64,000 bases of DNA from Janthinobacterium lividum (GTDB lineage: Bacteria; Pseudomonadota; Alphaproteobacteria; Sphingomonadales; Sphingomonadaceae). Below the pieces are notes generated by a model that was not told where the DNA came from, did no database searches, and saw nothing but the letters and a program-made list of their open reading frames with translations. Location: assembly GCA_050955125.1 (NCBI GenBank), contig JBPBQW010000110.1, positions 1,441 to 65,440 of the forward strand. The letters run 5' to 3'. The position numbers were made by a program, and so were the translations under genes. Each line of letters begins with the position of its first letter. Position 1 is the first letter of the stretch. Below are positions 34,001-41,146 of this stretch, piece by piece.

Positions 34001-35215
34001 GACGCCGGTCACCCGCGCCGCCGTCAGCCGGATCGGCACCGCGACCGGGACGTGCGACCACCGCCCGCTCCCGCTCGCGTGGACGAGGTCGAAGCCGGTA
34101 TCGCCGAACGCCAGCCGCTCGGCCGCCAGCGCATAGCTGAAGCGCGCGGTCGCGAACGCCCCGTCGAGGCGCAGCGCGAGCGCGACCGCCCGGCCGGTCA
34201 TGGTGGGGAACAGCGCGGCCGGACGTTCCAGCCGGGTCACCAGCCGCACGTCGCGAAAGGCGCGCGTGCCGAGGTCGATCCCGCCCCCGCCGCGCAGCGT
34301 CAGCGCCGGCGAGCGGAGCGTCACGATCCCGCGCAATACCCGGTTGACGAGCGTTCCTCGCGCGTCGACCCGGACGCGCGGCGCGGTCAGCGTGGCAAGC
34401 TTGCCGCTGGTGACGAGCGACGGCGCGGCGACACCCGACACGCGATAGTCGCCGGACCGGTTCTGCAGCGACAGCGCGATCAGCGGCCGCCCGCCGACGC
34501 TGCCCAACGCCCGCCCGCGCCAGCCGCGCCAGCTGCCCTGCCCCGCCACGTCGAGCACCAGCGCCCGCCGCAACCCCGTCACCCGCGCGAGCACGCCGTC
34601 GGCCGTGCCGCGCAACGTCGCATCGAGGTCGAACCGGTCGCGGGCCGGGGCGGCGTCGATCCGGGCGTGGATGCGGTCGCTGCCGTCGACGGTCGCGTCC
34701 AGATGCACCAGCGCGCGGCCGGCGTGCAGGTCGGCGGTCGCCGCGATCCGCCCGCTCCGCGCGACGCCGGTGACCGCGGGCGCCAAGTCGAGCCGCCCGA
34801 TCGCGAGCCGCCCGATCAAAATGTCGAAATCGGGCAGCGTCGTGCCCGTGCCCGTCTCGCGGGTGTGCAGCGGCTGGAGGACGCGGGCGAGCGGCACGAC
34901 GAGCGACCGGATCTCCAGCCGGTGCCGGAACCACCGCAGCGGTCGCCAGTCGAGCCGCGCAACCGGCACCACCGCCACCAGTCCGTGCGGATCATAGACG
35001 CGCACGTCGTCGAGCGTCGCCGCCGAGTAGATCGAGCCGTCGATCCGCCCGACCGAGAACCGCAGGCCGTTGTCGGTGCGGATGCGGCCGATCGCGTCCG
35101 CGACCAGCCGGTGCCCGGGCGTCGTGTCGACCAGCCCCGCCGCCAGTGCGACCAGCCCAACGAGCGCGGCGAGGATGCCCGCGATCCGGCGCGCCCACCG
35201 GATACCCCCGCTCAA
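31079..35215 (-). CDS. tamB: translocation and assembly module protein TamB
   Basis: 1378 aa with an N-terminal TM anchor, a long beta-rich body and a C-terminal DUF490-like end (YVTRRLYAEIVTDGQGYSATQAEFQVTRWLSILSSVS). It shares a 4-nt overlap with tamA. Confidence 0.9.
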   Translation of the reverse strand: MSGGIRWARRIAGILAALVGLVALAAGLVDTTPGHRLVADAIGRIRTDNGLRFSVGRIDGSIYSAATLDDVRVYDPHGLVAVVPVARLDWRPLRWFRHRLEIRSLVVPLARVLQPLHTRETGTGTTLPDFDILIGRLAIGRLDLAPAVTGVARSGRIAATADLHAGRALVHLDATVDGSDRIHARIDAAPARDRFDLDATLRGTADGVLARVTGLRRALVLDVAGQGSWRGWRGRALGSVGGRPLIALSLQNRSGDYRVSGVAAPSLVTSGKLATLTAPRVRVDARGTLVNRVLRGIVTLRSPALTLRGGGGIDLGTRAFRDVRLVTRLERPAALFPTMTGRAVALALRLDGAFATARFSYALAAERLAFGDTGFDLVHASGSGRWSHVPVAVPIRLTAARVTGVGDDAGGILRGFAAQGVLRLTPKLLTGEAIRVRSDKLTGTIALSVDLDGGAFRIGVNGALGRYLIPGLGIVDVTTDLRMVPGPAGHGTRVIGRGTARMIRLDNGFFRSLAGGLPTLATDLERTPDGLLHLSHLVLSGPTIRLAGTGLRRRDGSFAFAGSGTQGRLGPVTLRLDGRIEKPMLDLVFARPTAALGLAEVALHLDPDPAGFAFRAQGRSKLGPFAGTGRIALPPGQPASIEVAALTVAGIRASGAVAIADAGLDGALAIGGDGVTGRVLLRPVGAVQRIELHLDAAAATLGGGATLRRGRLDLAAMLDPAGTRVEATATGGGLRRGTLVLGRFAAHAALVGGTGEVRAELAGDRGRAFDIQTSTHVAPDRYDVAAQGTLGGRPLRLTAPAVIVAEGGGWRLQPARLAFAGGEATVAGRVADGGVSGTAALTALPLSILDLARPGLGLGGSAWGTLSIADTSGGPPTGRVSVTVRGLTRSGLASTSTPIDVGLAGVLSADRLGMRAVMAAGGRTIGRAQAMVSPAGTGDLASRLARGALVAQLRYAGPADTVWRLAGIELFDLSGPITIAADARGQLADPVIRGTVEASGARIESTRTGTVLTNVQASGRFAGSRLSIDRIAADAGKGGRVTGTGRFDFSAVRGVGIDLALRADHAALIARDDIAATVTGALAFRSTGAGGTIAGAVTLDRSRYRLGQASAAAAVPRLAVREINVPGGDDAADAGAPATPWKLDLHASAARGLLVSGLGLSSEWSADLAIGGDGANPAITGRATLVRGDVAFAGREFQLSRGVIRFTGDVPADPGLDIAADTNAGDLAATIRVTGTAAKPEIGFTSVPALPEDELLSRLLFGTSITSLTAPQALQLASAVAALQARGGRGGLDPINAVRRVAGLDRLRILPADPQTGQGTSVAAGKYVTRRLYAEIVTDGQGYSATQAEFQVTRWLSILSSVSTLGRTSGNLRVSKDY

Positions 35216-37230
35216 AACGCCTGTCCCAGCGACACGTACACGGCGACGCGCTTGTCGCCCGGCTGCGGGTTGAGCGGCGTGCCGACGTCGAGGCGGATCG
35301 GCCCGAAGTTGGAATAGTAGCGGACGCCGAGCCCGGTGCCGTAGCGCAGGCCGGTGAAGATCGGCAGCTGCCCCGTCGAGATGTTACCCGCGTCGAGGAA
35401 CGGCACCAGCCCGAAATGCCCGAACGTCCGCACCCGCGCCTCCAGCGAGAACTCGGTCAGGCTGCGCCCGCCGATGGGATCGTTGTTGACGTCGCGCGGG
35501 CCGATGTCCTGGTACCCATAGCCACGGACGGAGGCGCCGCCGCCCGCATAGAAGCGCCGCGACGGTGCCACCGCGTCGCGCGGCGCTCCCAGGATCGTGC
35601 CGAACCGCACGCGTCCGGCGATCACCGTCCGCGCGCCGAGCGACCGGTAGGCGCTGGCATCGACCTGCGCGCGCGCATAGCCGAACGCCGCGCCTTCCAG
35701 CGACAGCTCCGGCGACAGGCGGCCGCCCAGGCGAAAGCCGCGGGTCGGGTTGAGGAGATCGTCGGAGCCGTCGTACGTCAGGCTGGTGGGCACGGCGACG
35801 ATGAAATAGGTCTGCCGCCGCGGCTGCCCCGTGTCGACGATCGTGTCGCGCTCGTCCGTCGCGACCAGTTCGCCGCCCAGCGACCACGTCCACTTCTTCT
35901 GGAAGAAGATGTTTGTCTGCCGCTCCAGCGTGCCCGACAGCGTCAGCGTGCGCGCATCATAGGCGTCGCGCAGCGTGTGCGACGCGGCGAGCTGCGCGGT
36001 CAGCACCCGGTCGCGGCCGTCGAAATTGTTGCGCCGGAACACGACGCTGCCCAGCTGCTCCATCGTGCCGAGCACGCCGCGCAGCGTCAGCGCGCCTTCG
36101 GGCGGGAAGATGTTGCGGTTGGTCCACGACACCTCCGCGCGCGCACCCTCGCCGGTGCCGTAGCCGAGCTCGCCCGCCACCGTGTGCGGCGGCGCGCGTT
36201 CAAGGTGGACGTCGACGTCGACCGTGCCCGGCACCGTGCCCTCCACCGGTTTGACGTCGGCGACAGACACCAGCCCCGTCTGGACGAGCGCGCGGCGCAG
36301 GTCCGCCAGCGCCGAGGCGTCATAGGGCTGGCCGGGGCGAAAGCGCGCGATGTCGGCGACGTGATCGGCGCCGAACAAATGGTTGTCGGGATTGGTGACG
36401 ATGCGGCCGAACCGGCGCTCTCCCCCCGGCGTCACCGCCAGCGCGAGCGTCGCGGAGCGGCTGGCGCGATCGACGACGATGTCGGGCCGGCCCACCGTGG
36501 CGAAGGGAAAGCCCGAATCGGCGATGCTGGTCGCCAGGCTCGCCTGCGCGGCGGCGATCGCGTCGGCGTCGACCGGATCGTCCGTCTTCACGCGATAGGC
36601 GTCGCGCAACGTCGCCGCCTTGCCCGCCGCGTCGAGCCCCGCGACCGTGACGCCGCGCAAGCGGTACAGGGCGCCGGGATCAGCCGCCAGCACCACCGTG
36701 GGTCGCTCGCCGGCGGGCGTTTCCACGTGGCTCGTGACGCGGGCGTCGTAATGGCCCTGCGCGCGCAACAACGCGACGAGCAGGCCCGCATCCTCGCGCG
36801 CGCGGCGATCGAGTTGCGCGGTGTTGGCGACCTCGCCGCCATGGAGCCGCAGCGTCGAGGCGCCGTCGAACCGCTGGCGCAGCAACGCCGTCCCGGCCGC
36901 TCCCAGCCCCTCGAGCCGCACGTCGTATCGCGTCTCCGCCTCCGAACGGGTGGTGGCGGCGCCGGTCTGCGCGCCCGGTGCCGTCGCGAGATCGGGCCAG
37001 TCGACGCCGAGTCCCGGCAGCGCCGCGAGCGGCGCCGCGGGGTCGAGCGGTACGTCGGCGGGCGCCGGCGACGTGGCGACCGGCGCCACGGGCGCACCCG
37101 GCGGTGCGGCTTGGCCCCAGACCGGACCGGCTGCCATCATCCCGGCCGCGTACAGAGAGACGCGGGCCTGCCCCGCCCCGAACCACATGGGCGGCCCGTA
37201 GCGCGATGCTCGCCGCGACGACAGGGGCAT
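35212..37230 (-). CDS. tamA: TamA (BamA/Omp85-family autotransporter assembly protein)
   Basis: POTRA-like N-terminal part and an Omp85 barrel. The C-terminus is GLGVRYYSNFGPIRLDVGTPLNP...VYVSLGQAF. Confidence 0.9.
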   Translation of the reverse strand: MPLSSRRASRYGPPMWFGAGQARVSLYAAGMMAAGPVWGQAAPPGAPVAPVATSPAPADVPLDPAAPLAALPGLGVDWPDLATAPGAQTGAATTRSEAETRYDVRLEGLGAAGTALLRQRFDGASTLRLHGGEVANTAQLDRRAREDAGLLVALLRAQGHYDARVTSHVETPAGERPTVVLAADPGALYRLRGVTVAGLDAAGKAATLRDAYRVKTDDPVDADAIAAAQASLATSIADSGFPFATVGRPDIVVDRASRSATLALAVTPGGERRFGRIVTNPDNHLFGADHVADIARFRPGQPYDASALADLRRALVQTGLVSVADVKPVEGTVPGTVDVDVHLERAPPHTVAGELGYGTGEGARAEVSWTNRNIFPPEGALTLRGVLGTMEQLGSVVFRRNNFDGRDRVLTAQLAASHTLRDAYDARTLTLSGTLERQTNIFFQKKWTWSLGGELVATDERDTIVDTGQPRRQTYFIVAVPTSLTYDGSDDLLNPTRGFRLGGRLSPELSLEGAAFGYARAQVDASAYRSLGARTVIAGRVRFGTILGAPRDAVAPSRRFYAGGGASVRGYGYQDIGPRDVNNDPIGGRSLTEFSLEARVRTFGHFGLVPFLDAGNISTGQLPIFTGLRYGTGLGVRYYSNFGPIRLDVGTPLNPQPGDKRVAVYVSLGQAF

Positions 37231-37305
37231 CGGGCCGCACGCCGCCGATCGCGACCGATCTCACGCCGACGCGAGGCTGGCCTGACCGGACGCGACGTGG
37301 CACAG

Positions 37306-37500
37306 ATGCGGCGGATGCCCGAGCCTCGCCCCCCGTCACCCTCCACCGCGTCCGGCGGCGGCGCGCTGATCGCGCTGGGCGCGCTCGGCGGGGCCGCGGT
37401 CGGCTTCCTTCTGGGCGAGGCGACGCCGGGGTTCCTCGTCGGCACGGGTCTGGGCATCGCCGCATCGTTGCTGATCTGGCGTCGCGGAACGAGGCGCTAA
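37306..37500 (+). CDS. small glycine-zipper membrane protein (64 aa), hypothetical
   Basis: This is the C-terminal part of the long spurious ORF 35146..37500. It has two hydrophobic Gly-rich segments (GGGALIALGALGGAAVGFLLG, GFLVGTGLGIAASLLIW) and high third-position GC. Confidence 0.4.
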   Translation: MRRMPEPRPPSPSTASGGGALIALGALGGAAVGFLLGEATPGFLVGTGLGIAASLLIWRRGTRR

Positions 37501-37507
37501 CCGCCCG

Positions 37508-38146
37508 TCACCGGACCGCGCGCGATTGCCACACGACCCGGCCGATCACCTCGACCGGACCGGCGCCGACCGGCGCCGCGGCGGGATTGTCACTCAGCAC
37601 GACCAGCGTCTCCGCGCGGCGCCTGACGCGTTTGACCAGCGTCGCGCCGTCGATCCCCACCACGAAGACGCCGCCCTTGCCCGTCACCCGCGTGTCGCCC
37701 TGATCGACGAGCAGCTGGTCGCCGTCGGCGATGCCCGGCGCCATCGAATCGCCCCGCGCCTCGACCAGCGCCAGCGGCCCGCCGCGCACGCCCAGTGACC
37801 GCAGCAGGCCGGAGGGGAAGTCGATCGTGCCCACCACCTGCTCCGCGCCGTTGAGCGCCCCCGGCCCGGCCGACGCGCGCGCGTCGAGTCGCGGGACCGC
37901 GACCCACGTCCCCGACGGCGCGCTCTCCGCCCGCGCCGGTCCGCCCAGCATCGCCTCCTCAACCCCGAAATAGCGCGCGAGCAACGCCCGGTCCCCCTCC
38001 GCCAGCCGGCGCGGCGATCCCCGCTTCACGAACTGCTGCAGATACGCCGCGTTACGGCCGAGCAGCCGCGACAGCGACGACAGGCTCTCGCCGTCGCGGC
38101 GCGCGACCAGCTCCGCCAGGGTCGCCCGAGGATCGATCCCACTCAC
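37508..38146 (-). CDS. S24 peptidase / LexA-cI-type repressor (XRE HTH plus autopeptidase domain)
   Basis: HTH region SLSSLSRLLGRNAAYLQQFVKRG, an Ala-Gly in the linker (ASAGPG), catalytic Ser in RGDSMAPG and Lys in GATLVKRV. I prefer the GTG start at 38146, with ATG at 38203 as an alternative. The rest of ORF 37508..38635 is spurious. Confidence 0.85.
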   Translation of the reverse strand: MSGIDPRATLAELVARRDGESLSSLSRLLGRNAAYLQQFVKRGSPRRLAEGDRALLARYFGVEEAMLGGPARAESAPSGTWVAVPRLDARASAGPGALNGAEQVVGTIDFPSGLLRSLGVRGGPLALVEARGDSMAPGIADGDQLLVDQGDTRVTGKGGVFVVGIDGATLVKRVRRRAETLVVLSDNPAAAPVGAGPVEVIGRVVWQSRAVR

Positions 38147-38162
38147 CCGCGGGACGGTACAG

Positions 38163-38178
38163 CTAGGATTTTTCCTAG
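38163..38178. promoter_or_regulatory. perfect palindrome CTAGGA-TTTT-TCCTAG (candidate operator)
   Basis: It lies in the about 90-bp AT-rich divergent region between the S24 repressor gene and the small plus-strand ORFs. Its right half abuts a TAGACA -35-like hexamer. Confidence 0.55.
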
Positions 38179-38239
38179 ACAAGTTGGATTTGAAAAAGAA
38201 CATAACGGGTACGGATGGTCCGGAGTCGGAAGGGAAGCC

Positions 38240-38416
38240 ATGTGCCTGATGGTCAAGATCGATCGCTACCTGCGCCACACCAACATGCCGCCCTCGACGT
38301 TCGGCCGGCGCGCGATCAACGATCCCCGCCTCGTCCCGGATCTGCGCCGCGGGCGCGAGTTGCGGCCGGGGACGACGGCGCGGGTCGAGGCGTTCCTCGC
38401 GCGGCACGGCGCATGA
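38240..38416 (+). CDS. small basic protein (58 aa), unknown function
   Basis: Below the ORF-track cutoff, so read manually: MCLMVKIDRYLRHTNMPPSTFGRRAINDPRLVPDLRRGRELRPGTTARVEAFLARHGA. GGAAGGGAAG lies upstream, and the stop overlaps the next start (ATGA). An alternative ATG lies at 38249. Confidence 0.55.
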   Translation: MCLMVKIDRYLRHTNMPPSTFGRRAINDPRLVPDLRRGRELRPGTTARVEAFLARHGA

Positions 38417-38745
38417 GCGCCCGGAGCGATCGAGCACGCCTCGTGGATCCGGGCGAGGCGCTGCTCCACGCTCTGCTCGCCTCCGCCCCGGACGCGGCGG
38501 GCGCCGGACTGGTGGCGATGACCAGCGTCGCCTGGGCGAGCGCCACCTTCGTCGGCGCGCGGCACACGATCCGGCTGGCGGTGGCCGATCACGGGGCGCT
38601 TGCCGGCTGGCTGGCCGATCTGCCCGAGGCGCCACTACCGCTGCGGGGCCATCTCCTCGTCGACGCCGTGGTCCGCTCGGTCGAGCGGCGCGAGGCGGCG
38701 GCGGACGTCGTGATCGAGGCGCTCACGATCGAGGACGTCCGATAA
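38413..38745 (+). CDS. hypothetical protein (110 aa)
   Basis: Internal ATG of ORF 38215..38745, translationally coupled to the 58-aa ORF. No family recognised. Confidence 0.5.
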   Translation: MSARSDRARLVDPGEALLHALLASAPDAAGAGLVAMTSVAWASATFVGARHTIRLAVADHGALAGWLADLPEAPLPLRGHLLVDAVVRSVERREAAADVVIEALTIEDVR

Positions 38746-38753
38746 CGCGAGCG

Positions 38754-39635
38754 TCACTGGTGCGTGGCGAGACGCCGCAGCGAGCCGAGCGTCTCTTCCA
38801 GCGATCCGCGTCCGGTCACCGGGGGCGCGGCGGCCTCGGCCCCGGGCGACACGGGTTCGTCGCGTTCGGCCGGCGACGTCGCGGCCGGGACGCTTTCCGC
38901 CCTGCGGCGGGCACCCCGTTCCAGCCGGGCCAGCAGCGCCTCGATACTGTCCGGCCGATCGCGGACGTCGGCACCGAGCTCGACGGTGTCGATCCGCTCG
39001 CCCGGCGCGAGCGGCGGCGAGGCGGCGGGCGCCATCGCGGTCAGCGAGGCGACCGGGCGGATCGGCTCGCGCGGCACCGCCGGGATCGCGGCCGGGTCCA
39101 CCGCGGCGAGCGCGGTGTCGAGATCCCGCGGCAACGGACACTCTACCGCGGGGACGGCCTCGGCCGCCGGCGCCACGATCGACAGGAACGGCGCCCCCAG
39201 GTCGCGCTCCGCCAGGATCGGCGGGCGCGGCGGCGCATCGGGGTGCGAATCGGCGCGGCGGATGCTGGGCGGATCGGAAGCCACCGCTCGCCGGACCGGC
39301 CGCGACCGGACCCGCGCGGACAGGCCCGCCGGCGTCCAGGCGGCCGGCACGCGCCGCTCGCCCGACACCAGCACCAGCACCGCCCACACCAGCGCCGCCG
39401 CCAGCGCGCCGCCGCCCGCCGCCAGGACGACGCGCGCCGTCAGCCCGAGCGGCGGCGCCGCGGCGTTGACCAGCGCCGCAGCGCCGCTTTCCACCACCAG
39501 CGTCTCGAGCGCGCCCGTCGGCGCGGCGAGGCAGGCCGCCGCGACCAGCACCCCTGCCGCGACGGCCCCCGCCGTCGCGATCGAAGGCGCCCGATGGGAC
39601 GGGGTCAGGCGGGAAGTATCGGAGAGCGAGACCAT
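38754..39635 (-). CDS. membrane-anchored Ala/Pro-rich protein, unknown function
   Basis: 293 aa with two N-terminal hydrophobic segments. Third-position G/C dominates strongly in this frame compared with the three overlapping alternative ORFs. It overlaps the 3' end of the GT4 gene by 31 nt on the same strand. Confidence 0.6.
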   Translation of the reverse strand: MVSLSDTSRLTPSHRAPSIATAGAVAAGVLVAAACLAAPTGALETLVVESGAAALVNAAAPPLGLTARVVLAAGGGALAAALVWAVLVLVSGERRVPAAWTPAGLSARVRSRPVRRAVASDPPSIRRADSHPDAPPRPPILAERDLGAPFLSIVAPAAEAVPAVECPLPRDLDTALAAVDPAAIPAVPREPIRPVASLTAMAPAASPPLAPGERIDTVELGADVRDRPDSIEALLARLERGARRRAESVPAATSPAERDEPVSPGAEAAAPPVTGRGSLEETLGSLRRLATHQ

Positions 39636-40846
39636 GAACCGTCCACTGAATGTGCCGCGGCAAGCCGCTGGTAAACCGGCCAGTAACGCGAAATGTTTGA
39701 CGCCCAGTTACGCTCGGCCTCGATGAATGCCCGCGCCCGCGCCCGCCGCGCGTCCCATCCGGAGCGGTCGGCGAGCAATCCGGCCAGCGCGGCGGCGATC
39801 GCGGGCGGCGAGTCGGGCGCGAACAGCGTGCCGGTGTCGCCGTCCCGGATCAGCTCGCGATGCCCGCCCACGTCGGACGCGGCCACCAGCCGCCCCTGCG
39901 CCATCGCTTCGAGCGGTTTGAGCGGCGTGACCAGATCGGTCAGCCGCATCCGCTTGCGCGGATAGGCGAGGATGTCGACTAGGCCATAGTAGCGCTCGAC
40001 CTGCGTATGCGGAACGCGGCCGACGAAGCGGATATGGCCCGCGACGCTCGACGCCGCCGCCTGTGCCCGCAACGCCGCCTCCATCGGTCCGCCGCCGACC
40101 AGCAGCAGTCGCGCCCCCGGTCGCGCCGCCACCAGCGCGGGCATCGCGGCGATCAGGTCGTCGAGCCCCTCGTAATCGTAGAAGCTGCCGATGAAGCCGA
40201 TCGTCTCGGCGTCCTGAAGCCCGAGCTCGTAGGCCAGCGCCTCGTCGCGCGGCGGCGGCGCGCCGAACAGCGTCAGGTCGACGCCGTTGGGCGACACGAC
40301 GATCTTCGCAGGGTCGATGCCGCGCCCGATCAGGTCGCCGCGCAGGCCCTCGCAGATCACTACCGCCGCGTCGGCGCGCCGCACGACCCAGGTCTCGATC
40401 CCGCGGGTGGCGCGATAGCGGAGCGAGCCCTCGCGACCCGTCCCGTTGCCGACCGCCGCATCCTCCCAGAACGCGCGGATCTCGTACACCAGCGGCAGGC
40501 GGCGTCGCCGTGCCACGCGCAACGCCGCCAGCGCGCCCAGCACCGGCGAGTGCGCGTGGAGGACGTCGGGCCGGAACGCCGCGACGGCCCGGTCCACCCG
40601 GCGCGCCAGCGCGGCGACCTCCGCCACCTCCGCCAGCGGCGACGGCCAGGCGCGCGGCGCGGGCGTGCGATGGAAGTCGAGCCCGTCGATCGTCTCGCGG
40701 TCGCCCGGCGACGGACCCTGCCGCACGCCGGTGACCGCCGCCACCTGCCACCCGCGCGCGCGCTGCGCGGTCAGGATGGCGCGGGTGCGGAAGGTATAGC
40801 CGCTCTGGAGCGGCAATCCGTGATCAAGGACGTGGAGGATACGCAT
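39605..40846 (-). CDS. GT4 glycosyltransferase (resembles PEP-CTERM/XrtA-associated family)
   Basis: MRILHVLDHGLPLQSGYTFRTRAIL is the N-terminus I associate with the exosortase-A-associated GT family. The C-terminal GT1/GT4 E-x7-E region is PLKPLEAMAQGRLVAASDVGGHRELI. Confidence 0.85.
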   Translation of the reverse strand: MRILHVLDHGLPLQSGYTFRTRAILTAQRARGWQVAAVTGVRQGPSPGDRETIDGLDFHRTPAPRAWPSPLAEVAEVAALARRVDRAVAAFRPDVLHAHSPVLGALAALRVARRRRLPLVYEIRAFWEDAAVGNGTGREGSLRYRATRGIETWVVRRADAAVVICEGLRGDLIGRGIDPAKIVVSPNGVDLTLFGAPPPRDEALAYELGLQDAETIGFIGSFYDYEGLDDLIAAMPALVAARPGARLLLVGGGPMEAALRAQAAASSVAGHIRFVGRVPHTQVERYYGLVDILAYPRKRMRLTDLVTPLKPLEAMAQGRLVAASDVGGHRELIRDGDTGTLFAPDSPPAIAAALAGLLADRSGWDARRARARAFIEAERNWASNISRYWPVYQRLAAAHSVDGSWSRSPILPA

Positions 40847-40928
40847 GGCCGTGCTTGTGGCAGCGGTCCGCTTAACGGGCCGTCAACCGGGTCGCGGATA
40901 GGACATTCTCACCGACCCCGTTCAGGCT

Positions 40929-40983
40929 GAGCTCGTCGAAGCCCTGCCCTCCTCTCACAGGAAGGCAGCCCTTCGACAAGCTC
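40929..40983. repeat. 55-nt imperfect palindrome (REP/MITE-like stem-loop)
   Basis: GAGCTCGTCGAAGCCCTGCCCTCC-TCTCACA-GGAAGGCAGCCCTTCGACAAGCTC forms 20 of 24 stem pairs. It lies in the divergent region between the GT4 and ligase-like genes. Confidence 0.7.
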
Positions 40984-41014
40984 GGGGTAGGCGGAAGAAG
41001 GAAAGGAGGCGCGC

Positions 41015-41146
41015 ATGATCGACAATTTCGCGCTGCTGGTCAGCCACGGGCTGATGATGCTCGTTGCCGTCCTGCTGATGCGCCGCCCGGACCTCGACCG
41101 CGAGCCTCCGGCCCCGCCGCCGGTGGGGGACCGCCCGGGTGCGTGA
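41015..41146 (+). CDS. tiny membrane peptide (43 aa), hypothetical
   Basis: Not in the ORF track. The ATG is preceded by AAGGAGG at ideal spacing. The sequence is MIDNFALLVSHGLMMLVAVLLMRRPDLDREPPAPPPVGDRPGA. It ends 8 nt into the next gene in an overlapping frame. Confidence 0.45.
   Translation: MIDNFALLVSHGLMMLVAVLLMRRPDLDREPPAPPPVGDRPGA

Noticed and set aside
30948-34934. 1328-aa minus-strand ORF in an alternative frame of tamB
   Set aside because: It shares a strand with tamB but is in a different frame. The translation is Arg/Gly/Asp/Pro-rich junk. The tamB frame has the TM anchor and the DUF490-like C-terminus, and overlaps tamA by 4 nt.
38215-38745. 176-aa ORF taken as a single CDS
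   Set aside because: The first 66 codons are low-complexity and overlap a better 58-aa ORF in another frame. That ORF has an RBS and an ATGA junction to the internal ATG at 38413.
38635-39726. Three alternative long ORFs (38635-39663 minus, 38760-39674 plus, 38764-39726 plus) overlapping the 293-aa membrane protein gene
   Set aside because: By-eye third-position G/C bias strongly favours the 38754-39635 minus frame. The alternatives translate to Arg/Gly/Ala runs.
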